This document shows, one piece after another, positions 27,102-35,945 of a stretch of 64,000 bases of DNA. Within the stretch, counting starts at the first letter, position 1. Every line of letters starts with the position of its first letter. Origin of the DNA: a bacterium (GTDB lineage Bacteria; RBG-13-61-14; DATKZS01). The position numbers and the translations under genes were made by a program. The notes under the pieces are model-generated. The model was not told the DNA's origin. It saw nothing but the letters and a program-made list of their open reading frames with translations, and did not search any database. The stretch is taken from the NCBI GenBank assembly GCA_963674965.2, contig CAXXFL010000003.1:320001-384000 (forward strand), in the 5' to 3' direction.

Positions 27102-27974
27102 GTGAAAGACGGACGCTACATCATTACGGCGCTTCTTCTGATCGCGCTTCCGTTGGCCGTGCTGGCGAAAGGCGAGGCGGACGACTGGGCCAAGGCCCAG
27201 AAAAAGGGCACCATTCAGGCCTACGACGAGCACCTGAAGAACTACCCGAGGGGGACCTACTCCGAGCAGGCGAAAAGGGAGGCCTCGAGACTGAGCGGTC
27301 CCGAGCTTCAGAACTCGGCTTCCCGGTGCGACTCCCTGTTTCCCCGGGTCTTTTATTACTCGGTCTCGGCCTCGGGCGCTCCGGTGGTAAGCGGGGCGGC
27401 GGTCAGCTCCAGCCTGGACAAGGCCGCCGGCTGCATGGGCATGGCCAAGAGCATCGGCAAGGACGACAGGCCTCACGCGGCGGCCGGGCTTTTGGATTCG
27501 CGCTCGAGCCTGGTCCAGATGAACGTCCAGGGCGTGGGCGTTCGAGAGGTTATCAACCTGGACCTCGTCCTGCTCGAGATCGAGAACGAGGTGATAATGG
27601 ACGCCTACGACGAGACGGTGAAATGCAAGAACCAGAGCGCCTGGGTTGACACTCCCAAGTCGGAGGTCTTCAAGTGCTCGAGGCCCCACCAGGAGGTCCA
27701 GGCCCGCATGGCCCAAGCCATGTCCGACCAGTTGAAATACGACTTCGCCAACGTGTCCTCCGTGCCCGACGAGAATTTCCGCATGGGCTTCTGGAAGGAA
27801 GTTAACGGCATGTGCCGATGGCTGGTCCTGGAGCAGATGGGCCCGGCCTTCGGACTCTACGCCGACGCCAAGAACGCCATGGCCCGGGAGCCCAACAAGA
27901 ACATCGCGGGCAAAATCGAGGACGTGTCCATCAAGCTGGCCGGAACCGGAAAGCCCACCGGCGGCTTCAGATAA
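27102..27974 (+). CDS. Hypothetical exported protein
   Basis: GGAGG SD with GTG start; signal peptide ending AVLA; 'AYxxxLxxYPxGxY' helical unit; coding-type codon bias. Confidence 0.75.
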   Translation: MKDGRYIITALLLIALPLAVLAKGEADDWAKAQKKGTIQAYDEHLKNYPRGTYSEQAKREASRLSGPELQNSASRCDSLFPRVFYYSVSASGAPVVSGAAVSSSLDKAAGCMGMAKSIGKDDRPHAAAGLLDSRSSLVQMNVQGVGVREVINLDLVLLEIENEVIMDAYDETVKCKNQSAWVDTPKSEVFKCSRPHQEVQARMAQAMSDQLKYDFANVSSVPDENFRMGFWKEVNGMCRWLVLEQMGPAFGLYADAKNAMAREPNKNIAGKIEDVSIKLAGTGKPTGGFR

Positions 27975-28059
27975 TCGAGCGGCCGGCCGGGAAAAAACCC
28001 GACGCCGGGAATGGGGACGCCGGTCCGCGGCGCATCGGCCGGGCCCGGCGGGAGATCGG

Positions 28060-29412
28060 ATGAATCAAAAAGCATCTCGCGTTCCAAGAAGGACCTTTAT
28101 TCAAGCCGCGTCATCGGCCGCCCTCCTGCCCCTGGCGGCCGGGTCGGCCAAAGCCGGCGGTCCCAATATCATACTTATTACCGCCGACGACCTGGGATGG
28201 CGAGACCTGGGCTGCTACGGAAGCGGCAACTTAAGGACGCCCAACCTGGACGCCCTGGCCGAGCAGGGCGTAAGGTTCACCAACGCCTTCGTTACCGCCC
28301 CCTCCTGCAGCGCCTCCCGAGCCTCGATCATCACCGGACAGGCGCCGCATTCGGTGGGAGTGCTCGGGCTTACCCACGTCCATCCCCGCTACCAGATGCC
28401 GGCCAGGGTCCCCACCATGCCCCGCGCTCTCAAACAAAAAGGCTACAGGACGGCCATTCACGGCAAGTGGCACGTCGCGGCCTTCCGCGATACCCGGTCC
28501 TACGGCTACGACCTGAGAATGAGCGTCATGACCATCAAAAGGTCGGGACCGGCCAAGAGGTTTATTTCCGCCAACCGGAACCATCCCTTTTATCTCGAGC
28601 TGAACTTCATGCAAACCCATCGCCTGCCGAGCGGCGAGTTCAAAATGGACCCCCGCTTTCCCGTGGACCCCGAGGCCGTCGAGCTGCCCGACTACTGGCG
28701 CCTGCCCGACTGGCCCGAGATAAAAAAGGACGCGGCCAAATACTACAGCCAGGCCGAGGCCATGGACGGCCTGATCGGTGACGTCATGGGCCGCCTCGAG
28801 GACGAGGGCCTGGCGGAAAACACCCTGGTCCTTTTCGTGTCCGACAACGGCCCGCCCTATCCGGGCTGCAAGACCACCTGTTACGACGCGGGAATCGGTA
28901 CCCCCCTGATTATGCGCTGGCCGAGGGGACTGCCGGCGGGCCAGGTACGGGACGGCCTCGTCTCGACCGCGGACCTGGCGCCCACTTGTCTCGAGGCGGC
29001 GGGGGCCGGGGCTTTGCCCGGCTGCCAGGGCTTGTCGCTCCTGGGCATGGCCCGAGGCGAGGTCGAGTCGGTAAGGGACGAGGTCTTCGCCGAGGTCACC
29101 TATCACGTCAAGTATACGCCCATGCGGGCGATCAGGACCATGAAGTGGAAATACATCGAGAACCTCTCGCCCGACCCAACCGGACTCGATCAGAACGAGC
29201 GCTTCGACTGGGCCAGGCGGGTCGCCCGCGAGCCGGGCCAGCGCTGTTGCGTTCTCCGTCCCCCCGAGGAACTCTATGACCTCGCCCGCGATCCCCTCGA
29301 GCAAAACAACCTGGCCGAGGACCCGGGGCGCGCCGGAATAAAAAAGGACTTGAAGGCCAGGCTCGATAAACACCGGGCCGAGACCAACGACCCCTTTCCC
29401 AACCTGCGCTAA
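28060..29412 (+). CDS. Tat-exported Cys-type sulfatase (N-sulfoglucosamine sulfohydrolase-like)
   Basis: PRRTFI Tat motif; PNIILITADDLG, PSCSASRASIITG, GKWH, SDNG, EELYDLARDP. Confidence 0.9.
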   Translation: MNQKASRVPRRTFIQAASSAALLPLAAGSAKAGGPNIILITADDLGWRDLGCYGSGNLRTPNLDALAEQGVRFTNAFVTAPSCSASRASIITGQAPHSVGVLGLTHVHPRYQMPARVPTMPRALKQKGYRTAIHGKWHVAAFRDTRSYGYDLRMSVMTIKRSGPAKRFISANRNHPFYLELNFMQTHRLPSGEFKMDPRFPVDPEAVELPDYWRLPDWPEIKKDAAKYYSQAEAMDGLIGDVMGRLEDEGLAENTLVLFVSDNGPPYPGCKTTCYDAGIGTPLIMRWPRGLPAGQVRDGLVSTADLAPTCLEAAGAGALPGCQGLSLLGMARGEVESVRDEVFAEVTYHVKYTPMRAIRTMKWKYIENLSPDPTGLDQNERFDWARRVAREPGQRCCVLRPPEELYDLARDPLEQNNLAEDPGRAGIKKDLKARLDKHRAETNDPFPNLR

Positions 29413-29429
29413 GAAAGTACTGGACTAGT

Positions 29430-30854
29430 TTATGGCGACTCGGGGACCTCCAGTCCCAGGTAGTCGCGGGCGTTGTTGAAGCAGACGTCCCGGATCATGG
29501 CGCCCACCAGCTCGTCCTCATCGGGTATCTCGCCCGACTCCACCTCCGCTCCGATCAGGTTGCAAAGGACCCGGCGGAAGTATTCGTGCCTCGGGTAGGA
29601 CATGAAAGACCTCGAGTCCGTGAGCATGCCCACGAACCTCGAGAGCAGCCCCAGGCCGGAAAGGGCGTTAAGCTGCCACTCGATGCCCTCCTTTTGATCG
29701 AGGAACCACCATCCCGACCCGAACTGTATCTTGCCCGGTATGGAACCGTCCTGGAAGTTGCCGATCATGGTCCCCACCAGGTAATTGTGGCTGGGGTTCA
29801 GGTTGTAAATGATGGTTTTGGGAAGCTCGCCCCTCGAGTCCAGGCCGTCAAGATAAGCCGCGAGCGACCGGCCCTGCTCGAGGTCGCCGATCGAGTCGAA
29901 CCCCACGTCCGGTCCCAGCCGTTTGAACGCGCGGGAATTGTTATCGCGCATGGCGCCCAGGTGTAGCTGCTTGGTCCATCCCTTCCGAGCGTCGAGTCTT
30001 CCGAAAAAGAGCATCAGAAAACCGGCGAAGGCCTCCCGGCCGGGAGGAGGAATTTCCTTTCCCCCTCTCGCGTCGGCGAAAATGGCCGAGGCCTTTTTTT
30101 CGTCGGCGTATAGGGACGGGGCCTTCTCGAGTCCGTGATCGGACAGGCGGCACCCGAGTTGGTGGAAGAAGTCATGGCGCCTCTCGATCGCCGCGAGAAG
30201 CGACTCGAGGTCCCCGATCTCCACGTCGGCCATTTGCCCGAGCTTGTCCACCCACCGGTTCCAGGCGGCCGGGTCGGAAAGGGCCATGGCCTTGTCCGGA
30301 CGAAAAGCAGGATACACGCGGACGCCGGTCTCGGACCGGGCCAGACGAGCGTGGTGGGAAAGGTCGTCCGTCGGGTCGTCCGTGGTGCAGACGGCCGCGA
30401 CTTTGAATTTCCTCATTATGCCCAACGCGCTCATCTCCGGCTCGGACAGCCGCTCCCTTGCCTTGTCCCATATGGCCCTCGCGGTTTGGGGGCCGAGAAG
30501 GTCGTCCACGTCGAAATAGCGCTTCAGCTCGAGGTGTGTCCAGTGATAAAGAGGGTTGCGGAGGGCGCGGGGAACGGTCCTGGCCCAGGCCATGAACTTA
30601 TCGAAGGGGCTCGCGTCGCCCGTGCAATAGCGCTCGGGCTCGCCGTTCGAGCGCATGGCCCGCCACTTGTAGTGATCGCCCTCCAGCCATATCTCGAAAA
30701 GGTCGTTGAAGCGGCGGTCGTTGGCCACGTCGGCCGGCGGCAGGTGGCAGTGATAGTCGAGAATCGGCATGTCCCGGGCGAAGCGCTCGAAGAGCTCGAG
30801 TCCTTTTTTATTGTGGATGAGGAAGTCGTCCGTAATGAATGGTTTCGAGGGCAT
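29430..30854 (-). CDS. uxaC: Glucuronate (uronate) isomerase
   Basis: PILDYHCHL, GDHYKWRAMR, NPLYHWTHLEL, CTTDDP, GSGWWFLD, GMLTDSRSFMSYPRHEYFRR. Start set to MPSKPF. Confidence 0.96.
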   Translation of the reverse strand: MPSKPFITDDFLIHNKKGLELFERFARDMPILDYHCHLPPADVANDRRFNDLFEIWLEGDHYKWRAMRSNGEPERYCTGDASPFDKFMAWARTVPRALRNPLYHWTHLELKRYFDVDDLLGPQTARAIWDKARERLSEPEMSALGIMRKFKVAAVCTTDDPTDDLSHHARLARSETGVRVYPAFRPDKAMALSDPAAWNRWVDKLGQMADVEIGDLESLLAAIERRHDFFHQLGCRLSDHGLEKAPSLYADEKKASAIFADARGGKEIPPPGREAFAGFLMLFFGRLDARKGWTKQLHLGAMRDNNSRAFKRLGPDVGFDSIGDLEQGRSLAAYLDGLDSRGELPKTIIYNLNPSHNYLVGTMIGNFQDGSIPGKIQFGSGWWFLDQKEGIEWQLNALSGLGLLSRFVGMLTDSRSFMSYPRHEYFRRVLCNLIGAEVESGEIPDEDELVGAMIRDVCFNNARDYLGLEVPESP

Positions 30855-30904
30855 GGATAAAATCTCCCTTCCAGTTGAAGTAAACGAGAGGAGGGCTTTC
30901 GCGT

Positions 30905-31768
30905 TCAGTCGCCTCTCTCTTGTATTTTCCGGATCAGGTCGTAAACTTCTTGTCTTTTCCATCCCGTTTTCCTGGCTATCTCGGATGCCAGGCGGGACGG
31001 AGGATGACTCTTTTCGTCCAGGGCAAGGAGGACCATGTTTTCCACCTCCTCTTGAGAAGCGGCCGCCTTCTCCTTCGCGCCGCCTATCACGACCGTGACC
31101 TCGCCCTTGATCTCGCGTCCAGAGAGGGCCTTGATTATTTGTCCCAGGGTCCCGCCGATCCTTTCCTCATGCATCTTGGTAAGCTCGCGAAACAGGACCG
31201 CTTCCCTGTCTCCAAGAACGGCCAAGGCGTCTTCCAGGAAATCGAGCGTCCGGCGGGGAGACTCGAAGAACACCAGGGCGTCGCGCCTGTCGGCCAGTTC
31301 CTCGAGGGCCCTTTTTCTTGCTCCCGACTTCGCGGGCAAAAACCCGGCGAAGGTCACCCGGTCGGAGGGCAGCCCCGAGACGGATACGGCGGCGGTGAGG
31401 GCCGAGGGCCCCGGAATGGGCGAGGTTTTGATCCCCCGCCGGGCGCAGGCCTTGACCAGCCTGTAGCCGGGATCGGAAACCGCGGGAGAGCCGCCGTCCG
31501 TTACCAGGGCCACGTCCTTTCCTTCCTCGAGGAGGCGAATGATTCCGGGGATCGCCTCCTCCTCCCTGGGCTCGTAATAGCTGGAAATGGGTTTTTGAAT
31601 CCCCAGGCTGGAAAGAAGGGCCCGGGTCCTTCTCGTGTCCTCGGCCGCCACGTGGGCGACCTCCTCGAGGGTCCGCCTGACTCGGGGGCTTACGTCCTCG
31701 AGGTTGCCGATCGGCGTGGCCACCACGTAAAGAACGCCTGGCGCTTCCCTGGTTTTATCGCCGGACAT
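30905..31768 (-). CDS. rsmI: 16S rRNA (cytidine1402-2'-O)-methyltransferase
   Basis: LYVVATPIGNLED, AEDTR, SDPG, IPGPSA, FESP, RELTKMHEE, KGEV; TGATG overlap with the upstream gene. Confidence 0.95.
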   Translation of the reverse strand: MSGDKTREAPGVLYVVATPIGNLEDVSPRVRRTLEEVAHVAAEDTRRTRALLSSLGIQKPISSYYEPREEEAIPGIIRLLEEGKDVALVTDGGSPAVSDPGYRLVKACARRGIKTSPIPGPSALTAAVSVSGLPSDRVTFAGFLPAKSGARKRALEELADRRDALVFFESPRRTLDFLEDALAVLGDREAVLFRELTKMHEERIGGTLGQIIKALSGREIKGEVTVVIGGAKEKAAASQEEVENMVLLALDEKSHPPSRLASEIARKTGWKRQEVYDLIRKIQERGD

Positions 31769-32745
31769 CAGACCGCCGGGAAGGCGCCGTCCAGCGCCCG
31801 GGCGAAAAGAGGGACCAGTAACCACTCGGCGGCCCTGATCGCGAGAAGGGACGCGCAAAACCCGGCGTAAAGGAGGCGGTAGAAATTCCGGAACCCGGCA
31901 ATATCGTCGTTTCCGTTCCAGGCCCGGTAATAATAAGCCCGCTCGATCCATACGGCCAGGAGCAGCGCTCCAATAAGGACGTACATGGGCGCGGCCCTGC
32001 CCGCCTCGGCGTGGCTCTCGAAGGTGACGATGGAATAAGCCAGGAAATAAATGGAACTGAGGATAAAAAGAAAGATACCGGTCATGAATACCCTTCTCTT
32101 TCCGAAGTGTATGGCGTTGGTGGTCATTCCCGCGGCCATGTCCTGGTCGAAGTCCTCGATCTCGTTCGAAAAGTGCCCCGCTGAAAGGACCAGCCCGAAA
32201 AAGGCCGCTAAAGCGAATGACTCGGGCGTGAATTCCTTGAACACGGACCAGCCCCCCAGGAAATAAAGCGACGCGCCCACGAAATGGACTATGGTGCCCA
32301 GCACCGGCTTACCCTTGAAGTTGACGGCGGGATGGGAATAGAGGGTGGTGGCGGCTATGATGGACGCCCCGGTAAGGGCGAAGCGCCACGAGAGCAGGGC
32401 GAACCCGAAAAGGGAGACGGCGGCGAGGACGATACTGACGTACAGCACCTGTCTTTCCGAAAGCGTGGAATGCTTGAGGGCGTGCCATTTGCGCTGGTTC
32501 GGCTCGTCCTCATTCATGAGCCCCCCGCACCAGTCGTTATAAATGTAAATATGCACGTTGAATATGACGCCGAAGAAGCCGAAGACGGCCAGCCTGAGGA
32601 CCACTGGCCATGTGAAGCCATCTATGGCCATGGCCGCCCCCATGGTCGGATAGGCCATCATCATGAGCGCCTCGACGTACCTCACGCCCCAAAAAATGAA
32701 ACCGAGCTTTTTTCCCCGCCCGCCGGATATGTCTACGTCGGCCAT
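31768..32745 (-). CDS. UbiA prenyltransferase family membrane protein
   Basis: Multi-TM; YIYND, YSHP...KGKP, NEIEDFDQD..G..T; first Asp-rich motif is degenerate. Confidence 0.75.
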   Translation of the reverse strand: MADVDISGGRGKKLGFIFWGVRYVEALMMMAYPTMGAAMAIDGFTWPVVLRLAVFGFFGVIFNVHIYIYNDWCGGLMNEDEPNQRKWHALKHSTLSERQVLYVSIVLAAVSLFGFALLSWRFALTGASIIAATTLYSHPAVNFKGKPVLGTIVHFVGASLYFLGGWSVFKEFTPESFALAAFFGLVLSAGHFSNEIEDFDQDMAAGMTTNAIHFGKRRVFMTGIFLFILSSIYFLAYSIVTFESHAEAGRAAPMYVLIGALLLAVWIERAYYYRAWNGNDDIAGFRNFYRLLYAGFCASLLAIRAAEWLLVPLFARALDGAFPAV

Positions 32746-32766
32746 GTGGTTTTTATATCATCAATT

Positions 32767-33951
32767 TCAGCCCGCGCCTAAAACGAAGACGCAAGCCAGG
32801 GCCCCGGGCCCGCCCAGGGTGTGGGCCACGCCCGTCCTCGCCCCCTTCACCTGCATCTTGTCCGCCCGCCCGCGGAGCTGGTCGGAAACGTTGTTTATCA
32901 TGCGAACGCCCGAGGCCCCCACTGGATGCCCGCAGGACTTGAGGCCGCCCGAGGCGTTGACCGGCAGCTTCCCGCCTATATAGGTCTCGCCCTCCTCGAT
33001 CAGCTTCCAGCCCTCCCCCTTGGCCGCGAAGCCGAGGTCCTCGTAGTTGATTATCTCCGTGATGGTAAAGCAGTCATGAAGCTCGACCAGGTCCACCTCC
33101 CCGAGCGGGTCCTTGATCCCCGCCCGCCGATAGGCCTCGGCCGCGGCCCGGCGGGTGGACTCGAATCCCGTGAAGCTGAAGCTCGGGTCCATCTGCGCCG
33201 TGTAGTACCCGGTGGTGACGCTGAGGCCAACGCCCCTTATGATCACGAAGTCGTCGGTGTAATCCCGGGCCTTTTTCACCGGACACAAGACGGCGGCGGC
33301 GGCCCCGTCGGTGGTGGGGCAGCAGTCGAAGAGCTTGAGCGGAGCCGCCACCATGGGGGCGGCCATGGCTTTCTCGATGGTTATCTCGCTCCGGAAATGG
33401 GCCTTGGGGTTGAGGCTTCCGTGCTTGTGGTTCTTGACCGCCACCTTGGCCAGGGTTTCCTCGCCGATCCCGTACTCCTGGAAGTAGCGGGAGGCGAGGA
33501 GGGCGAACATGCCCGGCGCGGTCCTGCCCTTGCAGTACAAGGGATGGCCCTTCTCGACGTGTTGCGAAACCAGGCTGCCGCGGCCGGAGACGTCCCTCAT
33601 CTTCTCGACGCCCACGGCCAGGACCAGATCGTGCTCGCCGGCGGCCACGGCCAGGGCCGCGTTCCTTACCGCCTCCATGCCCGTCGAGCAGTAGTTGCTC
33701 ACCCGAGTGACGGGGATGGGGTCCAGACCGAGGCCGTCCACCACGTTCGTGCCCGACGCTCCCTCGAAGCCCCAACTGAAGGGAAGGTAGGTTCCGAGCC
33801 AGGCGGCCTCGACGTCGCCCGCCTCGATACCGGCGTCGGCGAAGGCCTCCTTGCACGCCCCCTCCAGCATGTCGTTGTAGCTCTGATCGAAGTTCTCACC
33901 GAACTTGATCGTTCCCGTCCCGATGATGGCAACTTCATTGGCTATGGGCAT
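32767..33951 (-). CDS. Thiolase, SCP2/lipid-transfer type (acetyl-CoA acetyltransferase)
   Basis: VSNYCSTG, AVKNHKHGSLNPKA, DCCPTTDGAAA, ELHDCFT, VNASGGLKSCGHPVGASG. Confidence 0.92.
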   Translation of the reverse strand: MPIANEVAIIGTGTIKFGENFDQSYNDMLEGACKEAFADAGIEAGDVEAAWLGTYLPFSWGFEGASGTNVVDGLGLDPIPVTRVSNYCSTGMEAVRNAALAVAAGEHDLVLAVGVEKMRDVSGRGSLVSQHVEKGHPLYCKGRTAPGMFALLASRYFQEYGIGEETLAKVAVKNHKHGSLNPKAHFRSEITIEKAMAAPMVAAPLKLFDCCPTTDGAAAAVLCPVKKARDYTDDFVIIRGVGLSVTTGYYTAQMDPSFSFTGFESTRRAAAEAYRRAGIKDPLGEVDLVELHDCFTITEIINYEDLGFAAKGEGWKLIEEGETYIGGKLPVNASGGLKSCGHPVGASGVRMINNVSDQLRGRADKMQVKGARTGVAHTLGGPGALACVFVLGAG

Positions 33952-33993
33952 GGCGCCCCTCCCTTATTAACCGGCCCCGCCCGGGACCGCGAC

Positions 33994-35397
33994 TTACTCG
34001 ACGTCCTTTTTAAAAGCGGGCCTGAACTTCCAGAAGTAATTGTTGAACCCGCCGCCCTCGTGTATCTTGCGGAACACTCTTTCAACTTCCATTCCTATCT
34101 TCACCATAGCCGGGGCGACGTCCGTCATCTGGGCGTAGAGCCTGCCGCCCCCCTCGAGGTCGACCGAGACCATGGGGGTGGGCGGATTGGGACTGGGCGG
34201 CAGATGATCGAGGGTAAAAGCGTAGACCTTTCCCCCCCTGGCGAGCTTGTAATCGGACATGGACTCGCCGCCGCAGTTCCAGCAATGGCGGCGGGGCGGA
34301 TACTGGACCGCGCCGCAGGAGTCGCATTTCCCGCCGACGGCCCTGATATTCTGTTTTTCCTCGCGCCAGAGCACGGGGGCCGAGGTCCAGACGTTGATTT
34401 CCTCGCCGGGCAGAATCCCCCTGAAGCGGAGGAACATGGAGTAGCTCGAGAGTTCCCGGCCCGCGGCCAACTGGGCGCCGAGATCGGTCTTGAACCGGCC
34501 GATATGCTCGGTCACTCGCAACAGGACCGCGTCCGCCCCCGACCCGTGGCCCAGGACCGCGATCGCGTCGCCGGGCCTGGATTTTTCCAGGGCGGCCAGC
34601 AGGCTGATGAAGACCTGGGCCGTCCCCACGTTGCCGATCTCCGACTCGGGCTCCTCGGCCAAAAGGGCCTCCTTATTCACCCCGAGCCTGGAGGCGATGG
34701 AGCGCCGGGTCCTGGGATCGGGAGAGTAAAAGACCACCCGCGTTATTTCCTCCCTGGCCAGGTCCGCCTTATCGAGAAGGCCGGAAAGGGCCTCGGGAAG
34801 GTGGGCGAGGATTCCCTTGTCGGTTATGAACTTGGCGTCGCCCGACTCGACGCCGGTCCCGCCTTCCCTCCTCCAGTAATCCAGGAACGCCCGGTTGGTG
34901 GAATAAAAACCCTCGATCACCGCCACCGGGTCCTCCGTCCCGATTACCAGCGCCGCCGCGCCGTCACCCAATACTCGCTCGAGGGGGTCGCCCGGCTTGG
35001 CCGGACGAGCGTCCGAGGCGACGGCCGCGGCCTTTTTCGCCTCGCCGCTTTTGACCGCCTCGTAGGCCGCGCGAAGGGCCTGGGTCCCCGCCCGGGTGGA
35101 CCCGGTCAGGTCCGCGGCCATGACGTCGGTCCCCAGGTCCGCCGCGGCCGCCACGACGGCGGCGTTCTGGTGCTCCATGTATGGAAGCGTGGTGGAGGCC
35201 AGGTAGAGCCTGTCCACCTTGTTCCTTCCGTTTTCCAGACAATCGAGCAAGGCCTCGGCGGCCATGGTAATGGGGTCCTCATCGTAATTGGCCGCGCTTC
35301 GAGACCCCTTTTTCGACCCTCCCCACTGGGAGGACAGGACCTCTCCCCTCAGCCTGTAGCGGGGGACGTAACATCCCCAACCGGTTATTCCGATCAT
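33994..35397 (-). CDS. HMG-CoA-synthase-like domain fused to DUF35 (Zn-ribbon + OB-fold) thiolase partner
   Basis: MIGITGWGCYVPRYRL, DEDPITMA, GDGAAALV, IGNVGTA, GSGAD; C-terminal CDSCG..PPRRHCWNC, IGMEVERVFRK, YFWK. Confidence 0.88.
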   Translation of the reverse strand: MIGITGWGCYVPRYRLRGEVLSSQWGGSKKGSRSAANYDEDPITMAAEALLDCLENGRNKVDRLYLASTTLPYMEHQNAAVVAAAADLGTDVMAADLTGSTRAGTQALRAAYEAVKSGEAKKAAAVASDARPAKPGDPLERVLGDGAAALVIGTEDPVAVIEGFYSTNRAFLDYWRREGGTGVESGDAKFITDKGILAHLPEALSGLLDKADLAREEITRVVFYSPDPRTRRSIASRLGVNKEALLAEEPESEIGNVGTAQVFISLLAALEKSRPGDAIAVLGHGSGADAVLLRVTEHIGRFKTDLGAQLAAGRELSSYSMFLRFRGILPGEEINVWTSAPVLWREEKQNIRAVGGKCDSCGAVQYPPRRHCWNCGGESMSDYKLARGGKVYAFTLDHLPPSPNPPTPMVSVDLEGGGRLYAQMTDVAPAMVKIGMEVERVFRKIHEGGGFNNYFWKFRPAFKKDVE

Positions 35398-35440
35398 AGT
35401 TTCCTCCGTGCTCCCGGGCCGCCGGCCATGAACCAGGGGC

Positions 35441-35944
35441 TTATCCTTTTATCAATCGCAGAATTTTTTGAGCGATCTTGGATGGAGAGTCGTGGTCGGT
35501 GGGCACGACGTGAACGGCGGTCTCGCGATAAAGGGGGGTCCTTGCGGCGAGCACCTCCTCGACCTCGTCGGTAAAGGACTTGCCCGTGAGCGAGGGCCTT
35601 TGGTCGTCGGCCGCTATGCGGCCGATAATGGTGGGGACCTCGGCGGTAAGCCAGACCGCGAGGCCGGACTTCTTCAGAAGCTCCCGGTTTTTCTCGCGCA
35701 GTATTATCCCGCCCCCGCAGTCGAGCACCAGGTCTTGCCCGGCGGCGGCCTCCTCGAGGACCTCGGACTCGAGGTCGCGGAAGCGCTCCCATCCGCTCTC
35801 CTTGACTATTTGAGGAATGGACATTCCCGCCCTCTCGACGATGGCGGCGTCGAGGTTGACAAGGGACATGCCCGCGATTTCAGCCAGTATTCGGGCCACG
35901 GCCGACTTGCCGGTACCCCTGTAACCGATAAGGGCGACGTTCAT
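35441..35944 (-). CDS. aroK: Shikimate kinase
   Basis: LIGYRGTGKS P-loop, GMSIPQI..GWERFRDLE, CGGG, RPSL, RTPLY. Start set to MNVALIG. Confidence 0.93.
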   Translation of the reverse strand: MNVALIGYRGTGKSAVARILAEIAGMSLVNLDAAIVERAGMSIPQIVKESGWERFRDLESEVLEEAAAGQDLVLDCGGGIILREKNRELLKKSGLAVWLTAEVPTIIGRIAADDQRPSLTGKSFTDEVEEVLAARTPLYRETAVHVVPTDHDSPSKIAQKILRLIKG

Positions 35945-35945
35945 G

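Noticed and set aside
32821-35574. 917-aa plus-strand ORF
   Set aside because: Antisense shadow of the thiolase and HMGS-DUF35 genes, for the same reason
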